Of a stretch of 64,000 nt of DNA, positions 7,254-16,633 are shown piece after piece. The DNA comes from an uncultured Candidatus Sumerlaeota bacterium (GTDB taxonomy: Bacteria > Bacillota > SLNR01). The notes under the pieces are model-generated. The model was given only the letters and a program-made list of their open reading frames with translations. It ran no database searches and was not told the DNA's origin. Every line of letters starts with the position of its first letter. The stretch's first letter is position 1. A program made the translations under genes and the position numbers. Where the stretch lies: positions 11,319 through 75,318 of the forward strand of contig CAZRKC010000006.1 in assembly GCA_964600665.1 (NCBI GenBank), given 5' to 3'.

Positions 7254-9116
7254 TTACATCGCTGTTTCAGCCCAGCCAATACCCAGTTCATACAGTTTCG
7301 CCTTCGTTGGTACGCCGTTTGCATCCCAGCCCATCATGGCATAGTATCCCTGAATAGCTGCTGCCATGTTCTCCCGCTGGGCGCCAACGCCTTGCAGGGG
7401 ACCATTTGCAAAGGGTTCATAAAACCGCTCCGTCAGCTGGTCGTCTTCGGTGGTGAACCCTTCTCTGACATTGAAACACCGGGCAAGGGTTGCGCTCCGC
7501 TCGCCCACTTTCATCATTTCCAGTAAAGATGTATCCCAGCCGGTAACTGCCCGGACCAAATCTTCCTTCTGTTCCGGTTTCCACGATACAAATACACACA
7601 TCACCGCACAGTTGTTGAAATGACCCCAGTTAGAATCATACATCATCATCCGGACTTTTGCCAGACTCATATCATCCGCCGGCAGCGGTTCCAGAATCCC
7701 GAAGGAGCGCAAACTCCCGGTGGATTTCACATATGCCGTATCGTGGATATTATGCACATGGTCAGCACCTGTGGGAGAAACTGCATAGCCTAATCCCAGG
7801 GCGTGTTTCAGCCGGGGTTCGTGCATGGGTACTTCCTGGCCTTTGACCTGGATGGCAAAATGTTCAGCACCTTTGCCGATGGTCTGCGCTGCCCGCTTGG
7901 TCCCTTCCGCTAAAAGATTACCAAATCCTTCTCGTTTGGCAATCATCTCCACCATTTTGACCATGGCTTCACCGTTGCCAAACTTGAGTTCCAGACCATC
8001 CGTATCAGCATCCGTCAGCAGTCCTTTTTCATAACATTCCATGGCAAACGCAATGGTCACGCCCGTGGAAATCGTATCCAGGGAATATGCATTGCACAAC
8101 TCATTGGCTTTGGAAATCGCTTTGATATCGGACACGCCGCATGTGGAACCAAAGGATCCCAGGGTCTCATATTCGGGCCCGCCGTAACGGGGATCAATGT
8201 GATACCCTTCTTCAGATGCGACCACCCGCTTGCAGTAGACCGGACAGGCAAAGCAGTTCTCCCGTTTCACCAGAATCGTATCCACCAGCGCCTGACCATT
8301 GATCTGATCGGCACCATCAAAGTGACCCTGAGTAAAGTTTTTGGTGGGCAAGCCGCCGGAAAGATGCAAGGGCATCAACACACCCGGCGTTCCGTACATA
8401 GTCATACCGCCGGATAGATCTTTGACATTGTCAGCAAACCACTTGGCCATCTCCTGGACTTTCTCCGGGTCAGCCAGAGGGATCGGTTGTGTACCCCGGA
8501 CCACGACCCCTTTGAGATTTTTGGATCCCATCACAGCACCCATCCCCGTACGACCGGCGGCATGCTTTAAGTCATTGATGACACAGGCATAACGGACCAT
8601 GTTCTCCCCACCCTGCCCAATCAGGGCAGTCCGGGCATTGGCTTCACCCATGGCATCCCGCATCGCATCCTGGGCTTCACCGGTGGTTTTGCCCCATAAA
8701 TGGGCGGCATCCTTGATGGTCACATCCTCATTTTTGATCTCCAGATAGACAGGGCTGGCAGCCTTTCCTTCCACGATAATGGCATCATAACCCGCTCGTT
8801 TCAGTTCAGCCCCGAAAAATCCTCCCACATCCGCTTCACCATATCCACCCGTCAAAGGAGATTTCGCTCCCACACTATTGCGGCCGGATCCGGCAATGGG
8901 TGCACCTGTAACCACCCCCGGTGCAAAAATCAGCTTGTTTTCCGGACCCAGTGGATCGGCTCCTTTGGGTACCTCTTTTAGTAAATAGTAACCGATGATG
9001 CCCGAACCGCCAAAATAGGTCCGGTAAAAAACATCATCCGGCATTTCTGTGGCAATCGTCCCGGTAGTCAGATTGACCCGCAGAATCTTGCCGTTATATC
9101 CGTTTCCCATATTCAT
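7254..9116 (-). CDS. aor: Aldehyde:ferredoxin oxidoreductase (tungstopterin AOR family)
   Basis: 620 aa. N-terminus GYNGKILRVNLTTGTIATEMPDDVFYRTYFGGSGIIGYYLL, 4Fe-4S ligand region RENCFACPVYCKR, and EPRLKHALGLGYAVSPTGADH, all typical of AOR. Confidence 0.9.
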   Translation of the reverse strand: MNMGNGYNGKILRVNLTTGTIATEMPDDVFYRTYFGGSGIIGYYLLKEVPKGADPLGPENKLIFAPGVVTGAPIAGSGRNSVGAKSPLTGGYGEADVGGFFGAELKRAGYDAIIVEGKAASPVYLEIKNEDVTIKDAAHLWGKTTGEAQDAMRDAMGEANARTALIGQGGENMVRYACVINDLKHAAGRTGMGAVMGSKNLKGVVVRGTQPIPLADPEKVQEMAKWFADNVKDLSGGMTMYGTPGVLMPLHLSGGLPTKNFTQGHFDGADQINGQALVDTILVKRENCFACPVYCKRVVASEEGYHIDPRYGGPEYETLGSFGSTCGVSDIKAISKANELCNAYSLDTISTGVTIAFAMECYEKGLLTDADTDGLELKFGNGEAMVKMVEMIAKREGFGNLLAEGTKRAAQTIGKGAEHFAIQVKGQEVPMHEPRLKHALGLGYAVSPTGADHVHNIHDTAYVKSTGSLRSFGILEPLPADDMSLAKVRMMMYDSNWGHFNNCAVMCVFVSWKPEQKEDLVRAVTGWDTSLLEMMKVGERSATLARCFNVREGFTTEDDQLTERFYEPFANGPLQGVGAQRENMAAAIQGYYAMMGWDANGVPTKAKLYELGIGWAETAM

Positions 9117-9142
9117 CGTGCCCCCTTGTCTAGATTCTCATG

Positions 9143-9625
9143 CTATCTTCGCCAACTGGAATGAATCTTCCTACCCGTGGTTGATACAAAGTGATTTTTT
9201 GCCTGTTTGGCCCAAAGACCGACTCCCAGCCAGGCTGCTCCCGTGTCAATGAGCACATCCTGCCACTGACTGCCCCGGCCCGGCATCCACATCTGGATCC
9301 CCTCATCCACCAAAGCGAGACCCAACACCGTGAGCAGTCCCCATTTGATCGGTATCTTGGATAACATCAGCGCCCGTGCCATCAAAATTCCCAGCACCAG
9401 ATACAATACGCCGTGAGCCATCTTTCTCACTTGATGATGGAGGATATCCCGACTCACCGGTTCCAGATGGAGCCATTGTTCCACCTGTCGATAAACCGGC
9501 TCGATCCGCCGGGTGACCAGCTGACTTTGTTGACTGGAGGCATCCGCCGGTACCAGAGAAAAACTAAAAATGAACCCGGTCCAGCATATCACCATCCACC
9601 AGGCGATTCGGGTCTTAAGGGTCAT
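9143..9625 (-). CDS. VanZ-like family membrane protein
   Basis: 160 aa with 4 TM segments. Has KMAHGVLYLVLGIL and DEGIQMWMPGRGSQWQDVLIDTGAAWLG, typical of VanZ. It overlaps the pgi stop by 4 nt. Confidence 0.7.
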   Translation of the reverse strand: MTLKTRIAWWMVICWTGFIFSFSLVPADASSQQSQLVTRRIEPVYRQVEQWLHLEPVSRDILHHQVRKMAHGVLYLVLGILMARALMLSKIPIKWGLLTVLGLALVDEGIQMWMPGRGSQWQDVLIDTGAAWLGVGLWAKQAKNHFVSTTGRKIHSSWRR

Positions 9626-10917
9626 GATTCAAAACCCGGTTTCCCTAGGCGTCGGAACATCTCCCGCTTGTATGCTTCCACACCCGGCTGGTCAAAGGGA
9701 TTGACACCCATCATGACAGCGCTGACGGCACATGCCACCATGAAGAAATAGAACATTTCACCCACGGAAGCCGGTGTCAAATCCGCAACCTCGATTCCCA
9801 GTACCGGCACACCCCCTGCCATATGGGCTGTGCGTGTTCCTCGGGCGGCCTCATGGTTGATCCCATCAAACGCCTTTCCGGCTAAGTAGTTCAATCCATC
9901 CAGGTCCCCAATGTCCCGGGGGACCGTCAGATCGCACCCGGGGTCTGTCGCCCATAGGACCGTCTCAAATACATGCCGCTCACCCTCTTGCATGTACTGT
10001 CCCATGGAATGCAGGTCTGTGGAATATTGCATCGTAACGGGAAACAGTCCTTTGCCCTCTTTCCCTTCACTTTCGGCAAAGAGCTGTTGGAACCAGCGAC
10101 CCAGATATTCCAGCCGGGTATCCCAGTGAATGAACGCTTCAATTTTCTTCCCCGCCTGATACAAATATTGACGGATGACAGCATACCGCACAGCAGGGTT
10201 TTGCGGATTCAGTTTCAGATAACGCTGCCGGCCGGTCTGGGCCCCGGCCAGGATGGATTCCACAGGAATGCCGCAGGCCGCCATTGGGAATAACCCGCAG
10301 GGGGTTAATACGGAATAACGTCCACCAATGGTTGGCGGGATGGTAAACCGACGATAGCCGGCATCATCCGCCATGGTCCGCAAGGCACCGGATGCAGGGT
10401 CTGTGGTCACATAGATCCGTTCAGCAGCCTCTTTTGTCCCGTATCGTTTTTCCATATAGCCTCGGAGGATGCGAAAAGCCAACCCGGGTTCCGTGGTGGT
10501 TCCGGACTTGGATACCACATGCAAAGATACCTCCCCCTGGTCCAGCTGGTTCATCAAATCGACGAGATAACCGCCGGATAAATGATGCCCGGCCCAATAG
10601 ACCCGCAGGGAATCTTCTTGATGAAATGGCGGTAGCAGCAACTCAAGCCCGGCCCGAGCACCCAGGTAAGACCCGCCGATGCCGATATTGACCAGCATAG
10701 TGGTGTCGTCCTGAACTTTCTCTGCGGCCGTCTGCATTCTGACCAGCTCGTCCCGGTCGTAGGTCACCGGCCAGTCACGCCAACCTAACATATCTGCATC
10801 CGGTACCCGCCCGGCACACAGCCGGTCAAGGCTTGAAAGGCCCCGGTCCAACCAGGCACCGAGATCCTCTCTGACCCAAGGTTCAACTCCCGCTTCGCGC
10901 AGCACAATGGGTTCCAT
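9622..10917 (-). CDS. pgi: Glucose-6-phosphate isomerase
   Basis: Start ATG 10917 (MEPIVLREAG) behind a GGGGG RBS; the ORF track extends to 10998. Has IGIGGSYLGARA and SKSGTTTEP (sugar-phosphate binding motifs) and GRYSVLT. Confidence 0.9.
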   Translation of the reverse strand: MEPIVLREAGVEPWVREDLGAWLDRGLSSLDRLCAGRVPDADMLGWRDWPVTYDRDELVRMQTAAEKVQDDTTMLVNIGIGGSYLGARAGLELLLPPFHQEDSLRVYWAGHHLSGGYLVDLMNQLDQGEVSLHVVSKSGTTTEPGLAFRILRGYMEKRYGTKEAAERIYVTTDPASGALRTMADDAGYRRFTIPPTIGGRYSVLTPCGLFPMAACGIPVESILAGAQTGRQRYLKLNPQNPAVRYAVIRQYLYQAGKKIEAFIHWDTRLEYLGRWFQQLFAESEGKEGKGLFPVTMQYSTDLHSMGQYMQEGERHVFETVLWATDPGCDLTVPRDIGDLDGLNYLAGKAFDGINHEAARGTRTAHMAGGVPVLGIEVADLTPASVGEMFYFFMVACAVSAVMMGVNPFDQPGVEAYKREMFRRLGKPGFES

Positions 10918-11017
10918 CAGCTCGCCCCCTTTCCAGGACACAAAAGAGCCGACGTATCCACGCAAGCTCTTTGTTCGATTCCCACATATTTCGCTCAATT
11001 GTCATGGTTTTCCTGCC

Positions 11018-12034
11018 CTATCGCTTCAGTTCCACCCAACTGGAGTGGATGGCACTAAATTCCTCCAGCGCTCGCCCGGTGCCTTTGGCTACACACGACA
11101 CGGGATCGTCTGCGACCACTGCCGCCACACCCGTTTCTTTCGTGATCAATTCGGCAAAGCCGGACAACAGCGCCCCCCCACCAGTCATGACCAGACCTCT
11201 TTCGGAAATATCACCGGCTAATTCAGGGGGTGTCTGTTCCATCACAAATCGCACCGTGCGGACAATGGCATCCAATGACTCTTCCAAGGCAGATGCAATT
11301 TCATCTGATGCGATGGTCACTGTTTTGGGCAACCCCGTCAGCAGATCCCGCCCCCGCATTTCATAGGTTTCGTGGCGAAATCCGGGCATGGCGCTCCCGG
11401 CAGCGATCTTGATGTCTTCTGCCGTCCGCTCGCCGATGAGCACATTGTGCGTGTCCCGGACATAGCGGATAATGGCTTCGTCCATTTTATCTCCACCCAC
11501 CCGGATGGATTCACTGATCACGATCCCGCCGAGTGAAAGAACGGCAATATCCGATGTGCCACCACCTACATCCACCACCATGTGCCCTGCCGGCTGCATG
11601 ATATCCAAGCCTGCACCCAGGGCGGCTGCCAAGGGTTCTTCGATGATCTCCGTCTTGCGGGCACCGACTTGTGCGGCTGCATCGCTGATCGCCCGTCGTT
11701 CAACGGATGTCACCCCCGTCGGCGCACAGACAATGATCCGGGGTTTGACCAATGCTTTTTGTCCGCTGATCTTGCGGATAAAATACTTGAGCATGGCTTC
11801 CGTAACTTGATAATCTGCAATTACGCCATCCCGGAGGGGTCGAATCGCCACGATACTCCCCGGGGTCCGCCCCACCATTCGTCGGGCTTCTTCACCGACA
11901 GCGATTACCCGACGGCTATGGGTTTCGATGGCCACCACTGAAGGTTCCCGCAACACAATACCGCGACCCTTGACAAAGACCAGCACAGTCGCAGTTCCCA
12001 GATCGATCCCGATGTCCGTAGCCATCCCTAACAT
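11018..12034 (-). CDS. mreB: Rod-shape determining actin homologue MreB/Mbl
   Basis: Start ATG 12034 (MLGMATDIGIDLGTATV) after GAGAGGGG. Has DIGIDLGTA, VVDVGGGTSDIAVLSLGGIV and GLVMTGGGALLSG. Confidence 0.9.
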   Translation of the reverse strand: MLGMATDIGIDLGTATVLVFVKGRGIVLREPSVVAIETHSRRVIAVGEEARRMVGRTPGSIVAIRPLRDGVIADYQVTEAMLKYFIRKISGQKALVKPRIIVCAPTGVTSVERRAISDAAAQVGARKTEIIEEPLAAALGAGLDIMQPAGHMVVDVGGGTSDIAVLSLGGIVISESIRVGGDKMDEAIIRYVRDTHNVLIGERTAEDIKIAAGSAMPGFRHETYEMRGRDLLTGLPKTVTIASDEIASALEESLDAIVRTVRFVMEQTPPELAGDISERGLVMTGGGALLSGFAELITKETGVAAVVADDPVSCVAKGTGRALEEFSAIHSSWVELKR

Positions 12035-12156
12035 ACAAAAACCCCTCTCAAGCGGAAATATTAGTCGATGCGCAAATTTCGACAGTTTACGCAATATTCC
12101 TTTTTGAAATCCGGATACTTTGTCGTTTTTCGTAAAATATTGCGAATTTTCAGCAA

Positions 12157-12345
12157 TTATAGTCTTCCTCCGGATGCAGACTCATCTTCTTCGTCCTGTT
12201 CATCCAAAAGGGACAAAAATAAACTCACCAAATGCGGGTCAAACTGAGTTCCGGCACAGCGTTGCAGTTCGGCTACGGTGGCTTCATGGGTCAGCGCTTT
12301 CCGGTACGGGCGGTCATGGAGCATGACATCGTAACGCGTCCACAA
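12157..12345 (-). pseudogene. Detached C-terminal piece of the HD-GYP domain (out of frame with 12314..14902)
   Basis: It translates to ..YDVMLHDRPYRKALTHEATVAELQRCAGTQFDPHLVSLFLSLL, the canonical continuation of HD-GYP after IVDA. Removing one T from the minus-sense GCG-TTA-CGA (plus coordinates about 12333-12334) restores IVDAYDVMLHDRPYRKA. Confidence 0.8.
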
Positions 12346-14902
12346 TGGCCACTAATCGGGCAGTGATGGGGATCCCCGCGCCTCTGAGACCTTGGGGATA
12401 TCCACCTCCATCCCACCGTTCATGATGAGCCAGAATCGCACCCGCAATGGGGGCAAGTTCATACGACGCATTGGCGATCCGATAGCCGATTTCCGTATGT
12501 CGGCGCATGATCACCCATTCATCCGCTGTTAAAGGACCGGGTTTGTTCAAGATCGTATCCGGAATAGCGATTTTACCGATGTCATGGAGGGATGTCAACA
12601 GACGTACCTCGTCTAGCTTGCTATCCGACAAACCAATGGCTTTCCCCAGCCGCACGGCCAGCATCTGCATCCGGCGAGTATGGGCTTCGGTTTCATTGCT
12701 TCGCTCCCACAGGGTCTTTTCCAACAATGCAATCACCGCACTCCGATAACTGTGGCTTTCCAGCAGCTTGTTCCGATACATCCGGTCTTCAGCATCCCGG
12801 ATTACCAGATCGATTCGCTGGTGAGGGTCTTCTTTTGTGGCGACACCCATGGACATACTGATCCGGATGGGTTCGGCATACTGGTCTTCCTGGTTGCGCC
12901 GGATTCGGTCAGCCAGCAATTCCGCTTCCTGCTCCGTTGTGCGGGGCAACAGCACGATAAACTCATCTCCACCCCACCGCGCTACGATATCTTCCTTACG
13001 ACATACCGTGCGAAAAGAATCCGCCACCTGTTTTAAGAAGCGATCTCCCTGGGCATGTCCAAATGCATCATTCACCAGTTTCAACCCGTTGACATCCCCC
13101 ACCAGGATGCTCAAAGGCAGTTGACGGGGCGCATCCAACCGCAGCAGTTCCTCTTCAAAATACCCCCGATTGTACAAACCGGTGATATTATCGTGAAAAC
13201 TGATGTAGCGAATCTTTTCATCAGCCGCCTTTCGGTCAAAATAGACGCCGATGGTCTCGGCAACGCTCCGCAATAAACTGATATCTTCCTCCCGCCAGAC
13301 TCGGGGTTTCGTTTGGTCAGTAAACCCTAAAAATCCACGCATCGCCCCGTCCTTGGTAAAGAACGCCACATTCAGGATCGCCCGGATCCCGCCCCGGATC
13401 ATGTCTTCCCGTTCAGCTGCCGCCGCTTCCGGAAATTCCGTCACATCATGGTAAACCAGAATGCCAGCCGACTTTAAGACTCCATAATACCAGGACATCT
13501 CCCGGGTATCCGTTTGCCGGCCTACAGGCAACCGATTCTCGGTTCCCGGTGCGATCCATTGGGATATTTTTGTCGCATAAACTTCCTGGCCATCATATAA
13601 GTAGATAAACGATGTGCTGCAATCCACCGCTTCTCCGAGAATCTCAGATACCAGATTAAAGTCCACATCATCTTGACTGACAAAGATGCTCAGGACTTCC
13701 GAAATTGCCTTCTCGATTTTGAGATGGTGTTCGATCCGGGCCTCCCAGGCTAACCGTTCAGTCACGTCCCGCATGGTGGAAAGGACACTGTCCCGCCCTT
13801 TATATGAAATCAGCCGGCTATGGATCTCCACCGGGATCACCGAACCATCTCGCCGGCGAATCCGGAGGGTGTATTCCGCCTCTTTCCCTTGCATCAGCTG
13901 TTGTTTAATGTGCCCATACTGTGCAAAAGCCGAAGGATCATCCAGATCCGCAGGGTTCAAGGACAGCAGCTCATCCCGGGTATATCCCAGACTTTCACGC
14001 ATCGTCCGGTTTACTTCCACCAGCGGACCGGATACGCCTTCCGGGTCAAAATTGTACACGCATGCCATATCCGTAAGATTATCAAAAAGGGAACGAAACC
14101 GCTCTTCGCTATCCCGCAACGCCCGCTCCATGGTAATCTGCTCGGTGAGATCAAAAACCGAGCCGATGATCTGCACCACCTGTCCATCCAGGATCACCGG
14201 TGAGAGATGGACGCTTTGGATCCGGTATCCCGTGGGAAACTCGCGTTCGGCTACATAATTTAAAGGTGTTTGACTTTGGACACACGCTGCAAACCGTTCA
14301 TGGATCCGATTCCCCATGTCGGCACCGAAAATCTCATGGGGTGTCCGCCCAATGATCTCACGGCTGCTCAATCCCACATACGCCGCATTTGCCCGATTAA
14401 AGCGGCGATAGCGAAAGGTCCCGTCAGAGGCCACATCCACTAAAAACAGAGGTGTCTGGGATCCATTGAAAATGCGCTCGTACTCCTGGTATGTGCCCGT
14501 CAGACGGACGGCAGCGTCCAATTCCTGGAGGTACCGAATCAGAATCATATGGTAAGTCTGCCCGCACCAAGTCACTGGCTGTCGTTCCACCGTGACCGGA
14601 TAACGGATCCCAAGGCGGGACTGCAGCACATACTCCTGGTGGGACGGTGTCATATCGTCCGGAGAACCTTCCTCCGAAATCAATTCCATTATCTCCTGCA
14701 CCGGTTTTCCGCAGGCATCGTCCGATGCGTAGCCCGTGAGGGCAGAAGCAGCCGGATTAATTTCCACCACCAGTCCCGCATGGTCGGTCATAATGATGCC
14801 TTCAGATAAATGGGATACAATCGCTGCGACACCTTGAAGCAGGTCGCAGCTGGTTGCCGGATCTATCGGTTCGGTTCGGGTCCGTTGATTTTTGTTTTTC
14901 AT
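12314..14902 (-). CDS. Multidomain c-di-GMP signalling protein: PAS x3, GAF-like, GGDEF, HD-GYP (truncated by frameshift near 12333)
   Basis: 862 aa. GGDEF domain with RWGGDEFIVLL, then HD-GYP with LHDIGKIAIP and HHERWDGGGYPQGL. The ORF ends abruptly at ..ARLVAIVDALRCHAP* in the middle of the HD-GYP domain. Confidence 0.85.
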   Translation of the reverse strand: MKNKNQRTRTEPIDPATSCDLLQGVAAIVSHLSEGIIMTDHAGLVVEINPAASALTGYASDDACGKPVQEIMELISEEGSPDDMTPSHQEYVLQSRLGIRYPVTVERQPVTWCGQTYHMILIRYLQELDAAVRLTGTYQEYERIFNGSQTPLFLVDVASDGTFRYRRFNRANAAYVGLSSREIIGRTPHEIFGADMGNRIHERFAACVQSQTPLNYVAEREFPTGYRIQSVHLSPVILDGQVVQIIGSVFDLTEQITMERALRDSEERFRSLFDNLTDMACVYNFDPEGVSGPLVEVNRTMRESLGYTRDELLSLNPADLDDPSAFAQYGHIKQQLMQGKEAEYTLRIRRRDGSVIPVEIHSRLISYKGRDSVLSTMRDVTERLAWEARIEHHLKIEKAISEVLSIFVSQDDVDFNLVSEILGEAVDCSTSFIYLYDGQEVYATKISQWIAPGTENRLPVGRQTDTREMSWYYGVLKSAGILVYHDVTEFPEAAAAEREDMIRGGIRAILNVAFFTKDGAMRGFLGFTDQTKPRVWREEDISLLRSVAETIGVYFDRKAADEKIRYISFHDNITGLYNRGYFEEELLRLDAPRQLPLSILVGDVNGLKLVNDAFGHAQGDRFLKQVADSFRTVCRKEDIVARWGGDEFIVLLPRTTEQEAELLADRIRRNQEDQYAEPIRISMSMGVATKEDPHQRIDLVIRDAEDRMYRNKLLESHSYRSAVIALLEKTLWERSNETEAHTRRMQMLAVRLGKAIGLSDSKLDEVRLLTSLHDIGKIAIPDTILNKPGPLTADEWVIMRRHTEIGYRIANASYELAPIAGAILAHHERWDGGGYPQGLRGAGIPITARLVAIVDALRCHAP

Positions 14903-14964
14903 CAGTCCACTCCCTTTGATCGGCTTGACCCTTTTTTCGATATTTTCTCACAAATCCCTGTTAA

Positions 14965-14998
14965 AAATAAAAATTGGTGTCCAATGACACCAATTTTT
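14965..14998 (-). terminator. Intrinsic (bidirectional-looking) terminator after the I42-inhibitor lipoprotein gene
   Basis: Stem AAATTGGTGTC / GACACCAATTT with loop CAAT, flanked by A/T runs. Confidence 0.6.
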
Positions 14999-15032
14999 AT
15001 CCATTTTGTGAAAAATGTTTCCTCTTAATGGC

Positions 15033-15743
15033 TCAGTCGATCTCAAACCAGCCGGTCGCTGAACCGTGAATAGTCAAATCACGGGATATCAGGATCTGTT
15101 GGGTGACCGCATCACAAATTTCCATCACCACATGGATATCCATGTCAACCGGTGTTTGATCCAAATCCGGTCCCCATAAAGCATCTTCTCCCCATCGCGT
15201 TCTTTCCGGCTCAGAGGATATCCGGTTTAAGAAACTGCCCTCACTCACAGACCACCGATATTCTACCAGACCTACTGGAAATACCCAGGATGGTTTCACC
15301 ATGATCCCTTGATGGCTGGACATGAAGGTCGTATACCGTTTGATGTCCGGCTCAACAGCCAGTGGAGGCATCTCCGTCTGTGTCAATGAGCCGCCGGGTT
15401 CAGCGGTGATGTGAATGATCCGTTGCTCCACAGCTTGATCCATCCCTTCCCATGGGCGGTAATAAGTTAGGACCAGATAGGCATCCCCTGCCTGAATATG
15501 CCGGAAGATCCATATCCGGGTCCCAGACGCACCCACGAGACCAGTTGGCGCCGGCTCAAATACATCGGAGCTGATCTCCACCACGCCGCCGGGAAGCAGC
15601 TCACATGACCACCGGTAACCCGTTGATGGATTCTCCGGCAGGGACAGGCGAAGCTCCCCATGAGTCGCACTGGAGTTGACCTGAGCTTGACAACCACTGA
15701 ACATGATCACCGGAACCAGAATCAGCCATATCATCCGTCTCAT
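15033..15743 (-). CDS. Lipoprotein with N-terminal chagasin-family (I42) cysteine-peptidase inhibitor domain and an unknown C-terminal domain
   Basis: 236 aa. Lipobox VIMFSGC. Has the I42 signature LSLPENPSTGYRWSCELL plus ..WIFRHIQAGDAYLVLTYYRPWEG. The remaining roughly 120 aa matched nothing I recognise. Confidence 0.6.
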   Translation of the reverse strand: MRRMIWLILVPVIMFSGCQAQVNSSATHGELRLSLPENPSTGYRWSCELLPGGVVEISSDVFEPAPTGLVGASGTRIWIFRHIQAGDAYLVLTYYRPWEGMDQAVEQRIIHITAEPGGSLTQTEMPPLAVEPDIKRYTTFMSSHQGIMVKPSWVFPVGLVEYRWSVSEGSFLNRISSEPERTRWGEDALWGPDLDQTPVDMDIHVVMEICDAVTQQILISRDLTIHGSATGWFEID

Positions 15744-15826
15744 GATTATCCTTCTCTCCTCGTTAATCCCTCATCATTATTGACGCATGCGCTACGGATA
15801 AGTTCCCAAAAATTATCTGACCTATA

Positions 15827-15854
15827 TTGACATTCACATAAATTTTGCTAAAAA
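15827..15854 (+). promoter_or_regulatory. SigmaA-type promoter of hsp20
   Basis: TTGACA-N16-TAAAAA with a TGc extended -10 element just upstream. Confidence 0.35.
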
Positions 15855-15856
15855 AA

Positions 15857-15883
15857 TTTGCTCTCAAGGGGTGGGAGTGCTAA
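15857..15883 (+). promoter_or_regulatory. CIRCE element (HrcA operator)
   Basis: TTTGCTCTC-aaggggtgg-GAGTGCTAA versus consensus TTAGCACTC-N9-GAGTGCTAA. The right arm matches 9/9, the left arm 7/9, and the spacer is exactly 9 nt. It lies between the promoter and the hsp20 RBS. Confidence 0.7.
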
Positions 15884-15903
15884 TTAATAGGGAGGTGTGT
15901 CTC

Positions 15904-16341
15904 ATGCCGGATCTGGTTCCGTTTCAACGGGGTCGCTCGCTATTGAGCCCCGCCCGTTGCGATGATTTTTTTGGTGTGTTGGATGAATTTTTCAGCCCGA
16001 ATGCCCGTTCACGGACATGGCGGGATACCTTCAACTGGATGTTCGGGAAAATGAGAAAGAATTCTGTCTGGACGCAGAATTACCGGGTTACAGCAAAGAG
16101 GATACCCGCCTGGAAATTGCCAATGACCCTTTACGGATCGCTGTCAAACGAGAGGAAAGTTTAGATGAAACAAAAGGAAATTTCATCCACCGGGAGCGCC
16201 GTTTGGCTCCCAGGAGCGCTCCGTTTATCTGGCTGACATGGATGTGCCGGCATCCAGGCAAAGTTTAAAAATGGGATCCTCCATGTGACCGTTCCCAAAA
16301 AAAGCAGCGAAGATCTTTCCAAGACTATCGAGATCGAGTAA
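15904..16341 (+). pseudogene. Small heat-shock protein Hsp20/alpha-crystallin family, interrupted by three 1-nt deletions
   Basis: RBS GGGAGG plus ATG 15904. Frame 1 gives MPDLVPFQRGRSLLSPARCDDFFGVLDEFF. Frame 0 (from about 16000-16025) gives YLQLDVRENEKEFCLDAELPGYSKEDTRLEIANDPLRIAVKREESLDETKGNFIHRER. Frame 2 (from about 16198) gives FGSQERSVYLADMDV. Frame 1 again (from about 16247) gives GIQAKFKNGILHVTVPKKSSEDLSKTIEIE* with the IXI motif. The ORF track shows only fragments 15871..16164 and 16017..16268. Confidence 0.8.
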
Positions 16342-16395
16342 ACATATTGACAAAAATCGCCGTTCACCCCCCGCGATTTTTTTTCATGCCTTGTA

Positions 16396-16424
16396 TTGAC
16401 ATGTCCCCTTACAAACCGTATAAT
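16396..16424 (+). promoter_or_regulatory. Consensus sigmaA promoter of the SAM riboswitch-metF unit
   Basis: TTGACA-N17-TATAAT. Confidence 0.6.
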
Positions 16425-16455
16425 GGTGCTTAATTTCATAGTTTTCGACCATTGA

Positions 16456-16565
16456 CTTATCCAGAGCGGCGGAGGGACTGGCCCTATGAAGCCCGACAAC
16501 CGGCATTCCCATTCGAATGTAGCGGTGTCAATTCCAGCAGGATGATATCATCCTGAGAGATAAGG
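16456..16565 (+). promoter_or_regulatory. SAM-I (S-box) riboswitch aptamer
   Basis: CTTATCCAGAGCGGCGGAGGGACTGGCCCTATGAAGCCCGACAACCGG...GGTGTCAATTCCAGCAGG...CCTGAGAGATAAG matches the S-box core (P1 CUUAUC/GAUAAG, GGAGGGACUGGCCC, AAUUCC). Confidence 0.9.
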
Positions 16566-16600
16566 ACAAGGGCTATCATATGGTGTAATGCATTTGATCA

Positions 16601-16633
16601 GCTGCTTTTCCTTACGGAAAGCAGCTTTTGTTT
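16601..16633 (+). terminator. Riboswitch expression-platform terminator
   Basis: GCTGCTTTTCC-ttac-GGAAAGCAGC followed by TTTTGTTT, located about 100 nt before the metF ATG. Confidence 0.75.
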
